The position numbers were made by a program, and so were the translations under genes. From Acidimicrobiales bacterium (GTDB lineage Bacteria > Actinomycetota > Acidimicrobiia > Acidimicrobiales > RAAP-2), in NCBI GenBank assembly GCA_036489775.1, contig DASXFC010000001.1, positions 9,982-73,981 on the forward strand: a stretch of DNA of 64,000 nt. The letters are read 5' to 3'. How positions within the stretch are numbered: position 1 is the first letter of the stretch; each line of letters opens with the position of its first letter. Under the pieces are notes generated by a model that saw only the letters and a list, made by a program, of their open reading frames with translations, was not told the origin of the DNA and did no database searches. Below are positions 26,698 to 34,793 of this stretch, piece by piece.

Positions 26698-27101
26698 ACA
26701 GGCAGCCGGTCCCGCCGCTCCTTGCGCCAAACCACGCGCAAGCCGGACCAGGTGTCGTCGATGGCACAGACTTTGTTGTCGACCAACCCGAGCGGCAGCG
26801 CCACCTGCCGAACGACTTCGTCGGTGATGTCCGTGGGCATTCCCGACGACCGCTTGGGCCAGGCCACCCAGAGGCCGCCCGCCGGGAAGATCATCCGCCC
26901 CAGAGCCCGTACCCGGCGTTCCAAGTCCGATCGCTGCGCGAAGAAGGCCACCACGACATCAGCTGAACCGCGGGCGGTGGTCCGGACGGGCACGGTGGCC
27001 GGCAACGGGATCACGCCTTGCGGTGCGCCGATGAGCGCCACGATGTCGTCGTCGGTGATGCCCAGCTTTCGCAAGAGCGGCGTGTCGCTGTATCCGGCCA
27101 C
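26694..27101 (-). CDS. DUF3052-family protein
   Basis: ORF 26694..27101. Motifs GYSDTPLLRKLGI..., LWVAWPKRSSGMPTDITDE and GLVDNKVCAIDDTWSGL match the DUF3052 pattern as I remember it. Confidence 0.78.
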   Translation of the reverse strand: MAGYSDTPLLRKLGITDDDIVALIGAPQGVIPLPATVPVRTTARGSADVVVAFFAQRSDLERRVRALGRMIFPAGGLWVAWPKRSSGMPTDITDEVVRQVALPLGLVDNKVCAIDDTWSGLRVVWRKERRDRLPV

Positions 27102-27122
27102 TCGGCTCCTCCGTCCACGGGC

Positions 27123-27145
27123 GGGACCGGGCTGTCCCCGGTCCC
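27123..27145. other. Perfect 9-bp GC hairpin (GGGACCGGG-ctgtc-CCCGGTCCC) in a divergent promoter gap
   Basis: Read directly from the sequence. It lies between the DUF3052 start (27101, minus strand) and the LLM start (27178, plus strand). Function unknown. Confidence 0.3.
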
Positions 27146-27177
27146 AGCAGCTGAGCAGACGGTAACGCCATTAGCTT

Positions 27178-28065
27178 TTGTCCGTGCAGGTCGGCCTGGT
27201 CATCCTCCCCACCGATCGGTGGGCCGAGGCCAGGCAGCAGTGGGAATGGGCCGACGCGGCCGGGTTCGCGACGGCCTGGACCTATGACCACATCCGCTGG
27301 GGCGGCATGCCGGAAGGACCGTGGCACGCCGCCATTCCCGTCCTGGCCGCGGCTGCTGCAGTGACGCAGCGGGTGCGACTCGGCACCCTGGTGGCCACCC
27401 CGAACTTCCGCCATCCGGTGCCACTCGCCCGCGATGCGCTGGCCCTCGATGACCTGAGCGGCGGTCGGCTCGACCTCGGGCTGGGACCGGGAAGCGGCGG
27501 TCCGGATGCCACGGCTCTGGGCCAGCAGCCCTGGTCAGCCACAGAGCGCCTGGACCGCTTCGACCAGTTCCTCCAGGTGCTCGAACCGATCGTGCACGGC
27601 CAGCCGGGCCACCGCACCACGGTCGCCACTGAGCACTACGCGGCCGACGCGGCGCCCAGCACCCCGGGAGCATTGCAGCAGGCGCTGCCGCTCACCATTG
27701 CGGCCGGCGGCGCCCGGGGCCTGGCGCTGGCGGTCCACTACGGCGCGCACTGGGTCACCATCGGCCCGACCGGTGCCGGGCCACGCACGCCAGCCGCTGT
27801 CTTCGGCGCGGCCACCCGCCAGTGCCAGGACCTCGCCGCGGCCTGCGCCCAGGCCGGCCGGGACCTCGCGTCTCTGGGCAAGGTGCTGCTGTGGACACCG
27901 ACCGAGACGGTGTTCGATTCGGTCCAGCAGTTCGACGACCTCTTCGGTCCTTACGAGGCGCTGGGCTTCACCCAGGTGGTGATCCATCACCCCGAGCAAA
28001 CAGGACCGTACCGGGGTTCGCGACGGGTCTTCGAGGAGATTGCGACTCGCTACGCCGGCGCCTGA
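27178..28065 (+). CDS. LLM-class flavin/F420-dependent oxidoreductase
   Basis: ORF 27178..28065 (TTG; GTG 27184 is equally possible). Motifs AAGFATAWTYDH, RVRLGTLVATPNFRHP and LDLGLGPG. Confidence 0.85.
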   Translation: MSVQVGLVILPTDRWAEARQQWEWADAAGFATAWTYDHIRWGGMPEGPWHAAIPVLAAAAAVTQRVRLGTLVATPNFRHPVPLARDALALDDLSGGRLDLGLGPGSGGPDATALGQQPWSATERLDRFDQFLQVLEPIVHGQPGHRTTVATEHYAADAAPSTPGALQQALPLTIAAGGARGLALAVHYGAHWVTIGPTGAGPRTPAAVFGAATRQCQDLAAACAQAGRDLASLGKVLLWTPTETVFDSVQQFDDLFGPYEALGFTQVVIHHPEQTGPYRGSRRVFEEIATRYAGA

Positions 28066-28493
28066 TCCAAGAAGTACACGAGTTCTGGGTCGCCGGGGTC
28101 AAGGCCTTCCAGCTCGCCGCTGAACTGCCAACCATCCGCGGCCAGCAACTGCTGCATGGGTTGGTTGGACCGGTTGGTCGACGTGAACACACGATCGAAG
28201 TCGGAAGTCCCGGCCAGATGCCCGATGGCCGCTGCCATCAGTGAACGGGCGACCCCTCGGCGCCGGTAGCGGGGGGCGACGAGCAACAGATCGACGAAAC
28301 CCCGCCCGAAGAAGTGCCGGGGCCGGGCTACGACATAGCCGGCAAGGCCGGCCTCCTCCACCGAAACCAGACACTCGCCCCGTTCGACCCGACGGCGCAG
28401 ATAGGTCTGCCGGTGCTGTTCGTCCGACGAGGCCAACTCGTCGATACCCAAGATGGCGGCCAGATCGTCGGCATGAGCGATCCGGATCAGCAC
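28050..28493 (-). CDS. GNAT-family N-acetyltransferase
   Basis: ORF 28050..28493, GTG start. Contains the acetyl-CoA motif LLLVAPRYRRRGVARSLMAAAI. Confidence 0.8.
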   Translation of the reverse strand: MLIRIAHADDLAAILGIDELASSDEQHRQTYLRRRVERGECLVSVEEAGLAGYVVARPRHFFGRGFVDLLLVAPRYRRRGVARSLMAAAIGHLAGTSDFDRVFTSTNRSNQPMQQLLAADGWQFSGELEGLDPGDPELVYFLDQAPA

Positions 28494-28500
28494 GATGCCC

Positions 28501-29628
28501 TCAGTCCAGCAGTGCCGCCGCCACCGCGTCTTCCAACGTGCGGTCGTTGGCCCACATCAGTTGCTGCGTCTTGGCCCGCCTGAAATACAGCTGGATGTCG
28601 AAGTCAAGGGTGAAGCCGATGCCGCCGAAGAGCTGCTGGGCCATGGCGGTGATGTCCCGAAAGGTGCTGCAGGCGAACAGCTTGGCCATGGGCGCCAACC
28701 GGGTGAGCGACCGCCCCGTGGCTCCCGCCCAGGCCGCTTCGTGGACCAGCTGTTCGGCCCCGTCCAAGGCGGTGATGGCGTCGGCCAGGTTGTGGGCCAG
28801 GGCTTGGAAGGCACCGAGGGGCTTGTCGAACTGCTGCCGGTCCTTGGCGTACTGGGTGGTGATCTCGAGCGCGTAGCGAGCGCCGCCGACCGCTTGCGCC
28901 CCGAGCAGCACCAGCGCACCCTCGAGCACTGACTGCCAGGTGGACCAGCCGCTCTGCGCCGGGCCGACCCGGTCGGCCACGGTCACGGCAACCTGGTCAA
29001 AGGTGACCTCGTACTGGGTGTCCGAGGCGACACTGAACTGTTGGCGCAGGGTCACTCCCTGGGCCATCGGGTCGACCAGGAAGAGATCAATGTCCCCTTC
29101 GGCGTCGCCGCTCCGGGCCAATACGAGCAGGCGCTGCGCCGCCTGGGCGAACAGGGCATGGCGCTTGACGCCGTGCAGCCGCCAACCACCGTCGGCCTCC
29201 TGCGCCCGCAGTTCGACGCCCCAGGGCGAATAGCCATTCTCGGGTTCGAGCCAAGCCGGGGTGACGATGGTCTCGCCGCTGGCGATCGGACGGAGCCATT
29301 CCTCTTTCTGGGCCTCATTGCCGGCCGTAGCCAGCACGCCACCACAGAGCACGGCACTGACCAGGTGCGGCACCGGCGCCAAGGAGCGACCCAGCTCCTG
29401 ATAGAGCGCCACGCCCTCAATGAGGGTCATACCCGAACCACCGTGCTCTTCGGGCAGCAGCAGCCCGATGAGGTCGAGCTCGCCGAACTGATCCCACAGT
29501 GCCGTCGGGTAGCCGACCGGATCGTCCTCCATCTGGCGCACGACTGACAGCGGGCAGTGGCGGTCAAGGACGTCGCGCACGGTCTGGCGCAACATCTCTT
29601 GCTCTTGGCTGAAATCGAGGTCCAACAC
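28501..29628 (-). CDS. Acyl-CoA dehydrogenase
   Basis: ORF 28501..29628. The GTG start is preceded by GGAGG. Contains the typical ACAD N-terminus (DFSQEQEMLRQTVRDVL) and QLFGGIGFTLDFDIQLYFRRAK near the C-terminus. Confidence 0.92.
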   Translation of the reverse strand: MLDLDFSQEQEMLRQTVRDVLDRHCPLSVVRQMEDDPVGYPTALWDQFGELDLIGLLLPEEHGGSGMTLIEGVALYQELGRSLAPVPHLVSAVLCGGVLATAGNEAQKEEWLRPIASGETIVTPAWLEPENGYSPWGVELRAQEADGGWRLHGVKRHALFAQAAQRLLVLARSGDAEGDIDLFLVDPMAQGVTLRQQFSVASDTQYEVTFDQVAVTVADRVGPAQSGWSTWQSVLEGALVLLGAQAVGGARYALEITTQYAKDRQQFDKPLGAFQALAHNLADAITALDGAEQLVHEAAWAGATGRSLTRLAPMAKLFACSTFRDITAMAQQLFGGIGFTLDFDIQLYFRRAKTQQLMWANDRTLEDAVAAALLD

Positions 29629-29663
29629 GTCGGGTTACCTCCGGATCCGTTGGGGGAAAGGTC

Positions 29664-30164
29664 TCACGCCGAAACGGGTGAGGGATGCCACTGGTCGCCC
29701 CGGCGCTGCCAGGGGTTGTCGCCTTCGTTTCGAGGCAGAGCGAGTCGGGCGGTGCAGGTGGTCTTGACGTCATCATGCACGCTGAGGGTCACGTCCACGG
29801 TGAGAAATCCGCATCCGGTGTCGTCCACCTCGGTGCCGACGACCCGCCCGCGCAAGACCATGGTGTCGCCGGGGAAGACCGAACCCTTCATGCGGAAGGT
29901 GACCCGGCCGAGCCGGCCGTGGGGGCCGGTCCAATCGGTCAGGTACCGCTCGAACCAGGCGGCCTGGTTGGGCGTGTTCAAGAAGATGTCCTGGGTGCCG
30001 TTCCGGTTGACCGCGAAGTCCTTGTCGTGATGCATCGGCCGCCAGTCGCGGGTGGCCAGCGCGCCGAGAACGACGGTGGTGGCCGAGACGGGGTAGACGA
30101 GCTCGGGCAACTCGTCGCCGACCACCACGCTCGAGTGCAGCAGGCGCGGAGCCAGAGCGGTCAC
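29664..30164 (-). CDS. MaoC-like (R)-specific enoyl-CoA hydratase subunit (ChsH1-like)
   Basis: ORF 29664..30575 trimmed to GTG 30164, which overlaps the upstream stop (GTGA). Hot-dog fold motifs: DWRPMHHDKDFA...GTQDIFLN. Confidence 0.87.
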   Translation of the reverse strand: MTALAPRLLHSSVVVGDELPELVYPVSATTVVLGALATRDWRPMHHDKDFAVNRNGTQDIFLNTPNQAAWFERYLTDWTGPHGRLGRVTFRMKGSVFPGDTMVLRGRVVGTEVDDTGCGFLTVDVTLSVHDDVKTTCTARLALPRNEGDNPWQRRGDQWHPSPVSA

Positions 30165-30676
30165 TGGGCCTGCCTTCGGTACCCGAAGCCCGTGTAGGAC
30201 TCCACCGCGACGAGGTCGCCCGACTGGTTGGCGTAGATCACGTCGATCACCCAGAAGCGCCCGGTGCCCAATTTGGTCGTCTTCTCCTCGCTCACCGAGC
30301 GCAGGACCTGGTGGGTCCGCAGCACATCGCCCAGGCGTACCGGCGCGTGGAACTCGATGGTGTTGTCGGTCATGACCGCTTCGGGCAGATCGAGCAGGGC
30401 CTTGAGGTCGAAGTGCACCTGCAGCGGGAGGGCCACCTCGGTGCGCCCGGGTGCCCAGTGATGGGGCCGGAACCACACCGACACCATGGACGGAGGGGCA
30501 ATCGGCCCACCGGTGAGGGCCTCGGCAACCTGGTCGTCCCAGAAGAGCGGGTTGCCGTTCTCCACCGAGGCGCACGAAGTCCAGATGTAGCCCCGCTCCA
30601 CCGGGAACTCACCGACCTCGGGGTACTGCTCCTGGCCGATCAGGGACCGGGCCCGTTCGAGGACGTCCTCGCTCAC
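30161..30676 (-). CDS. MaoC_dehydrat_N / FAS1-like dehydratase subunit (ChsH2 N-domain-like)
   Basis: ORF 30161..30676. The GTG start overlaps the CoA-transferase stop (GTGA). GNPLFWDD...APPSM is characteristic of the N-type hot-dog partner. Confidence 0.83.
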   Translation of the reverse strand: MSEDVLERARSLIGQEQYPEVGEFPVERGYIWTSCASVENGNPLFWDDQVAEALTGGPIAPPSMVSVWFRPHHWAPGRTEVALPLQVHFDLKALLDLPEAVMTDNTIEFHAPVRLGDVLRTHQVLRSVSEEKTTKLGTGRFWVIDVIYANQSGDLVAVESYTGFGYRRQAQ

Positions 30677-31854
30677 GCCACGGCCCGCCGCGTGATCCAG
30701 GTCCTGATCGTCCCGTCGTCGACGCCGGCCTCATGGAGGAGCTCCGCCGTCTGCGTCTGTCCCGTATCAGGAAGCGAGACGACACCGGCCCCTCGCACCA
30801 TCCCGGCCAGCAACGGAGCCAACTGGCGCACCGCACCTCGCTGGGGATGGGTCGCCGTGGCCACGACCCCTCTGGCCGCGAACTGCGCATCGTCCGCGAC
30901 CTCCGACACCGCATACACGGGGGCGACACAGGTGTCAGCGTCGGCCAGCAGGTCGATCCACTCGTCGCGGTCCTTGGTGGCGAAGGCATCAGCCAGCGCG
31001 GCCCGCAGCTGCGGTTGGCCGGCGTCGTCGAACTGGGCCCCGGCCAGATCGGCACAACCCAGGGCGCGGCAGAGGTTGGCGAAGAACTTGGACTCGATGG
31101 CGCCGACGGCCAACCACCGGCCATCCTTGGCCTGGTAGGTGCCGTAGCAGGCGTAGCGGCCCGAGAGGACGTCGTGGCCGGGACCCGGAGCATTCTGCAG
31201 AGCCAGATCCTCGTCGATGGCCAGAGACATCAGCCACAGGACGCCATCGGCCACGGCGACATCGAGGTAGGCGCCGGTACCCGAGGCGGCCCGACCGGCC
31301 AGCGCGGCACAGATGGCCAACGCGGCCTGCATCCCGCCCGCAGCGGCGTCGGCCACGGTGGCACCCGGTAGCGGCGGCCGACCCTCGACTCCCGGCGTGC
31401 TCATGGCGAGGAACCCGCCGGTGGCCAGATAGTTGATGTCGTGACCGGCCCGTTGCGAGTACGGGCCGTGTTGGCCGTATCCGCTGGTCGAGCAGTAGAT
31501 GATCCCCGGGTGGCGGGCGGCAACGGCGTCGTAGCCGACACCCAAGCGGTCCATCACTCCGGGCCGGAAGCTCTCCACCACCACATCGGCCGAGGCGGCC
31601 AACGTGAGGAAGGCCTCGCGCCCGTCATCTTCTTTGAGGTCGAGCAGGACCCGCTGCATGCCGCGGTGACCGCTATAGGCAAAGAAAGGGGGCTCGATGG
31701 GCGAGGCATCAGCCGAGGGGACCGGACCCACCTTGACCACTCGGGCGCCGTAGTCGCCCAGCAGGCGCGTGCAGCGAGCAGCCGGCCCGACCGTGGAGAG
31801 GTCGAGCACCGTGATCCCGCTCAGGGGACCGGCCGTCGTTGCCATCGATGACAC
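30673..31854 (-). CDS. Family III CoA-transferase (CaiB/BaiF; alpha-methylacyl-CoA racemase-like)
   Basis: ORF 30673..31854. Motifs GITVLDLSTVGPAARCTRLLGDYGARVVKV, SFRPGVMDRLG, GHDINYLA and DGRWLAVGAIESKFF. Confidence 0.92.
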   Translation of the reverse strand: MSSMATTAGPLSGITVLDLSTVGPAARCTRLLGDYGARVVKVGPVPSADASPIEPPFFAYSGHRGMQRVLLDLKEDDGREAFLTLAASADVVVESFRPGVMDRLGVGYDAVAARHPGIIYCSTSGYGQHGPYSQRAGHDINYLATGGFLAMSTPGVEGRPPLPGATVADAAAGGMQAALAICAALAGRAASGTGAYLDVAVADGVLWLMSLAIDEDLALQNAPGPGHDVLSGRYACYGTYQAKDGRWLAVGAIESKFFANLCRALGCADLAGAQFDDAGQPQLRAALADAFATKDRDEWIDLLADADTCVAPVYAVSEVADDAQFAARGVVATATHPQRGAVRQLAPLLAGMVRGAGVVSLPDTGQTQTAELLHEAGVDDGTIRTWITRRAVA

Positions 31855-31856
31855 GC

Positions 31857-33035
31857 TCAGAAGTTCTTCGGCAACCCGAGCTTGCGCCGGGCGATGATGT
31901 TCTTCTGGATCTCCGAGGCGCCACCGCCGATGGTGTCGATGACGGTGTAGCGGTAGGTCGACTCGGACCGGCCGGCCATCGGCGCTTCCCCGGTCTTGAC
32001 CCGAAGTTGGCTGCCGGGACCGGCAATGTCCATGGCGGCATTGGCCAGTCGCTTCGAGAGCTCGGTGGCGAACAGCTTGTACTCCGAAGCCTCGGCCGTC
32101 GGCGCCGCACCACCCTTGGAGGACTCGAAGACGAACTTGAGACCCATCACCCGGGCCACCTCGAGTTGGGTGGCCAGCTGGGCCAGGCGCTGGCGGATCA
32201 CCGGGTCGTCCTTGAGTGGACGGCCGTCCCGCACGGTGGTCCGCACGTACTCGGTCAACAACTCGAAACGCTGCGCAATCGGGGAAAAGGTGAACATGGT
32301 GAAGCGTTCAAGATCGAGCGCTTCGGAGATGTACTGGAAGCCGTGGTTCAGCTGTCCCACGACGAACTCGTCGGGGACGAACACATCGTTGAGGAAGACC
32401 TCGTTGGTGCGCTCGTCTCCCATGGTCCAGATGGCGTTCACCGTGATGTTCGGCTGGTTGATCGGCACCAGGAACAAGGTGATGCCGGCGTGCTTCGCCG
32501 CCGGGTCGGTGCGGGCGCCGACCCAATACCACTCGGCAAAATGGGCCGAAGTGGTCCAGGTTTTCTGGCCGTTGAGCATCCAGCCGCCCTCAACTTTGGT
32601 GGCCTTCAATTGCATGCTGGCGGCGTCGGATCCGGCATTGGGTTCCGAGTAGCCGACGGCGAACTCGACCTCGTTCCGCAGGATCTTGGGCAGGAACTCC
32701 TCTTTGAGCGTTTCGTTGCCATGGCGGATCAACGTCTTGCCAATGATCCCGACGCCCTTGCCGATCTGGGGGCCGCCGCGGCCGGCCAGCTGCTCGTTGA
32801 GGAGGTACTCGTAGACGCCCTCGCCCTCGGAACCGCCGTACTCCTTGGGCCAGGTCATCCCGAGCCAACCCTGGGTACCCAGGGAGGCCATGAACTGGCG
32901 CCGCTTAGGCGTGTCCACGATCTGGGCCATGTTCTCCCTGGTCAGGTCGAAGACGTCGGGGTCGTCGTTGGCGTCGAGGAAGGCCACGACCTCCTTGACG
33001 AACTCGAGCTGCTCATCCGAGAACTCAAAGTCCAT
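31857..33035 (-). CDS. Acyl-CoA dehydrogenase
   Basis: ORF 31857..33086 trimmed to ATG 33035 (MDFEFSDEQLEF). Motifs AVGYSEPNAGSD, KTWTTSAH, IGGGASEIQKNIIA. Confidence 0.92.
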   Translation of the reverse strand: MDFEFSDEQLEFVKEVVAFLDANDDPDVFDLTRENMAQIVDTPKRRQFMASLGTQGWLGMTWPKEYGGSEGEGVYEYLLNEQLAGRGGPQIGKGVGIIGKTLIRHGNETLKEEFLPKILRNEVEFAVGYSEPNAGSDAASMQLKATKVEGGWMLNGQKTWTTSAHFAEWYWVGARTDPAAKHAGITLFLVPINQPNITVNAIWTMGDERTNEVFLNDVFVPDEFVVGQLNHGFQYISEALDLERFTMFTFSPIAQRFELLTEYVRTTVRDGRPLKDDPVIRQRLAQLATQLEVARVMGLKFVFESSKGGAAPTAEASEYKLFATELSKRLANAAMDIAGPGSQLRVKTGEAPMAGRSESTYRYTVIDTIGGGASEIQKNIIARRKLGLPKNF

Positions 33036-33208
33036 GGTGTTGGCGACCTCCGGGCGGGTGCGGGGCCAGCGAGGCCTGGCCCACACAGCAAATCTGACGA
33101 CCCGTCAGCTTATCCATCAGGGCCCGTTCCGACTTCTGGAGCCCCTTCGAGAAAGGCGTGCCGCCGAGAGGGTCCAGGCCCGCAGGCGCGGTCAGCGCTC
33201 GGTGCGGA

Positions 33209-33706
33209 TCAGGGGCGCGGGGCGGTGAGGAGCCGGACCAATTCCTGGTCGAGGGCATCCTCGAACGTCACGCCGGCCGGGATGCGCCCGAGCGGAGACG
33301 GCGCGGTGAGCACGGGAAGCGCAGTGAGGCGGGTCACCCGCTCACGCACCTGGAAGGAGAAGAGCCGACCCAGACGCCGGGCCCGGCGAGAACCGAGCAC
33401 GATGGCGTCCGCTCCGTGCTCGAGGGCCGCAGCGGCAATGCGATTCGGCACCTGGCGATAAGAGGCCACGCAGGCCGAACCACCGACCCGCACGCCGGTT
33501 TCGCGCAATTGCAGCACGGCGTCGGTCACCAATGTGCTGGCTTGGTCCCGGGTGCGGAGGGTCCGGCCACCCCCGGTCACCAGGTACTCGTTCACGTGGA
33601 ACACGTGAATTCGGCCGCCGTTGCGCGCCGCGAGAGCTCCGGCGTAGGCCGCCGCCGTCTCACTGGCTGCAGAGTCGTCGATTGCGAGGAGGATCTGGTC
33701 GAACAT
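33209..33706 (-). CDS. Universal stress protein (UspA family)
   Basis: ORF 33209..33706. Motifs ILLAIDDS..., HVFHV, ADAIVLGSRRARRLG and PVLT. Confidence 0.87.
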   Translation of the reverse strand: MFDQILLAIDDSAASETAAAYAGALAARNGGRIHVFHVNEYLVTGGGRTLRTRDQASTLVTDAVLQLRETGVRVGGSACVASYRQVPNRIAAAALEHGADAIVLGSRRARRLGRLFSFQVRERVTRLTALPVLTAPSPLGRIPAGVTFEDALDQELVRLLTAPRP

Positions 33707-33804
33707 GGCGTCGTCCTGCGTCGATGGATTGTTTCGGGCATGTTAACGCACCAGGTCGCCAGGGTGGTTTTCTGTCGTCGGGGAGCCCCACCTAGTGTGG
33801 CGCG

Positions 33805-34545
33805 ATGCCGCGCTGTCTGGTGGTCCAGCACGTCGCCCCCGAAGAGGCCTTCGCCATCGAGGAGGCTCTGGCCGCCGCCGGGGTTGCCGTCGAGACGGTC
33901 CAGGTCTTCGCCGGAGACCCGGTCCCGGCCGGCTTGTCGGGCCTGGATGGCCTCGTCGTCATGGGTGGCCCGATGTCCGCCAATGCAGACGACGGCTTCG
34001 GGTCGAGGCGGGCCGAGCTGGCCCTTCTCTCCCAGGCCGTGGCTGCCGGCCTCCCCACCTTGGGCGTCTGTCTGGGCGCCCAGCTGCTGGCCCTGGCCAC
34101 CGGTGGCTCGGTGCGTCGGGGTGAGGCTGGCCCCGAGATCGGTTGGAGCCCGGTCGCGCTCACCGAGGCGTGCTATGCCGATCCGCTCTTCGCCGGCCTC
34201 CCGTCGCCCCTCGGGGTTCTGCAATGGCATGGCGACACGTTCTCATTGCCCGAAGGGGGAACGCTGCTGGCCGGCAACGCGACCTACCCCAGCCAGGCCT
34301 TCCGGATCGGGCCGGTGGGCTGGGGCCTGCAGTTCCACATCGAAGTGGATGCCGCCGCCGTGGCCGGCTTCCTCGAGGCGTTCGGCGCAGACGTCGAAGC
34401 CACGTCCGGAGGCAGCGAGCAGATCCGGGCCCAGACGCCGGCGGCTCTGGCCGAGCTGGCCCCCATCCGTGCGGTGCTCCTCGATCGATTTGCCCAACTC
34501 GTGGCAGCCGATGTCATCGAAAGTGATCTGGTCGGTTCCGGATAG
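33805..34545 (+). CDS. Type 1 glutamine amidotransferase domain protein (GuaA-N-like)
   Basis: ORF 33805..34545. Motifs GLVVMGGPMSA, GVCLGAQLLA (nucleophile Cys) and LQWHGDTF. Confidence 0.87.
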   Translation: MPRCLVVQHVAPEEAFAIEEALAAAGVAVETVQVFAGDPVPAGLSGLDGLVVMGGPMSANADDGFGSRRAELALLSQAVAAGLPTLGVCLGAQLLALATGGSVRRGEAGPEIGWSPVALTEACYADPLFAGLPSPLGVLQWHGDTFSLPEGGTLLAGNATYPSQAFRIGPVGWGLQFHIEVDAAAVAGFLEAFGADVEATSGGSEQIRAQTPAALAELAPIRAVLLDRFAQLVAADVIESDLVGSG

Positions 34546-34722
34546 CAACTGCGTCTGCGTCGCCCCTGGTCGTTTCGGGTGTGTGAACTATGACAAAGGG
34601 GATTGCTTCTGAGGCAAACCGGCGGCACAATCCGGTCATGGACCTCGGGGTCAGCGAGATCATCGAGGTGGTCGAAGGTCAGGTGCCGACCGCGCCCGCC
34701 CAGGCCTGATGATCGGTGCCGG

Positions 34723-34780
34723 GGAGCCCAGTCTCGATCAGGCGAGGCTCGGGCTCCTCGGTATCCGCTCTCGAGCGGAT
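34723..34780. terminator. Two tandem hairpins between convergent genes; candidate bidirectional terminators
   Basis: At 34723..34757 there is a 14-bp stem with one bulged C (GGAGCCCAGTCTCG-atcagg-CGAGGCTCGGGCTCC). At 34763..34780 the stem is ATCCGC-tctcga-GCGGAT. There is no U-tract, which is common in GC-rich actinobacteria. The second hairpin ends 14 nt from the cyclase stop. Confidence 0.35.
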
Positions 34781-34793
34781 GCGTGCAGAAAGA

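Noticed and set aside
33094-33108. Short palindromes in promoter gaps: CTGACG-acc-CGTCAG upstream of the ACAD operon, and TGACGTCA at 52756..52763 between the Rieske and SDR genes.
   Set aside because: A 6+6 or 8-bp palindrome is expected many times by chance in 64 kb (roughly 15 per spacer length for 6-bp arms). Neither matches a consensus I know (KstR, CRP or similar). No regulator gene is adjacent.
34638-34709. A 23-codon ORF (MDLGVSEIIEVVEGQVPTAPAQA) in the long convergent gap. I considered whether it is a small peptide or RiPP precursor.
   Set aside because: There is no Shine-Dalgarno upstream, no Cys/Ser/Thr-rich core, no leader-like motif, and no maturation or transport genes nearby. 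It is indistinguishable from a chance ORF.
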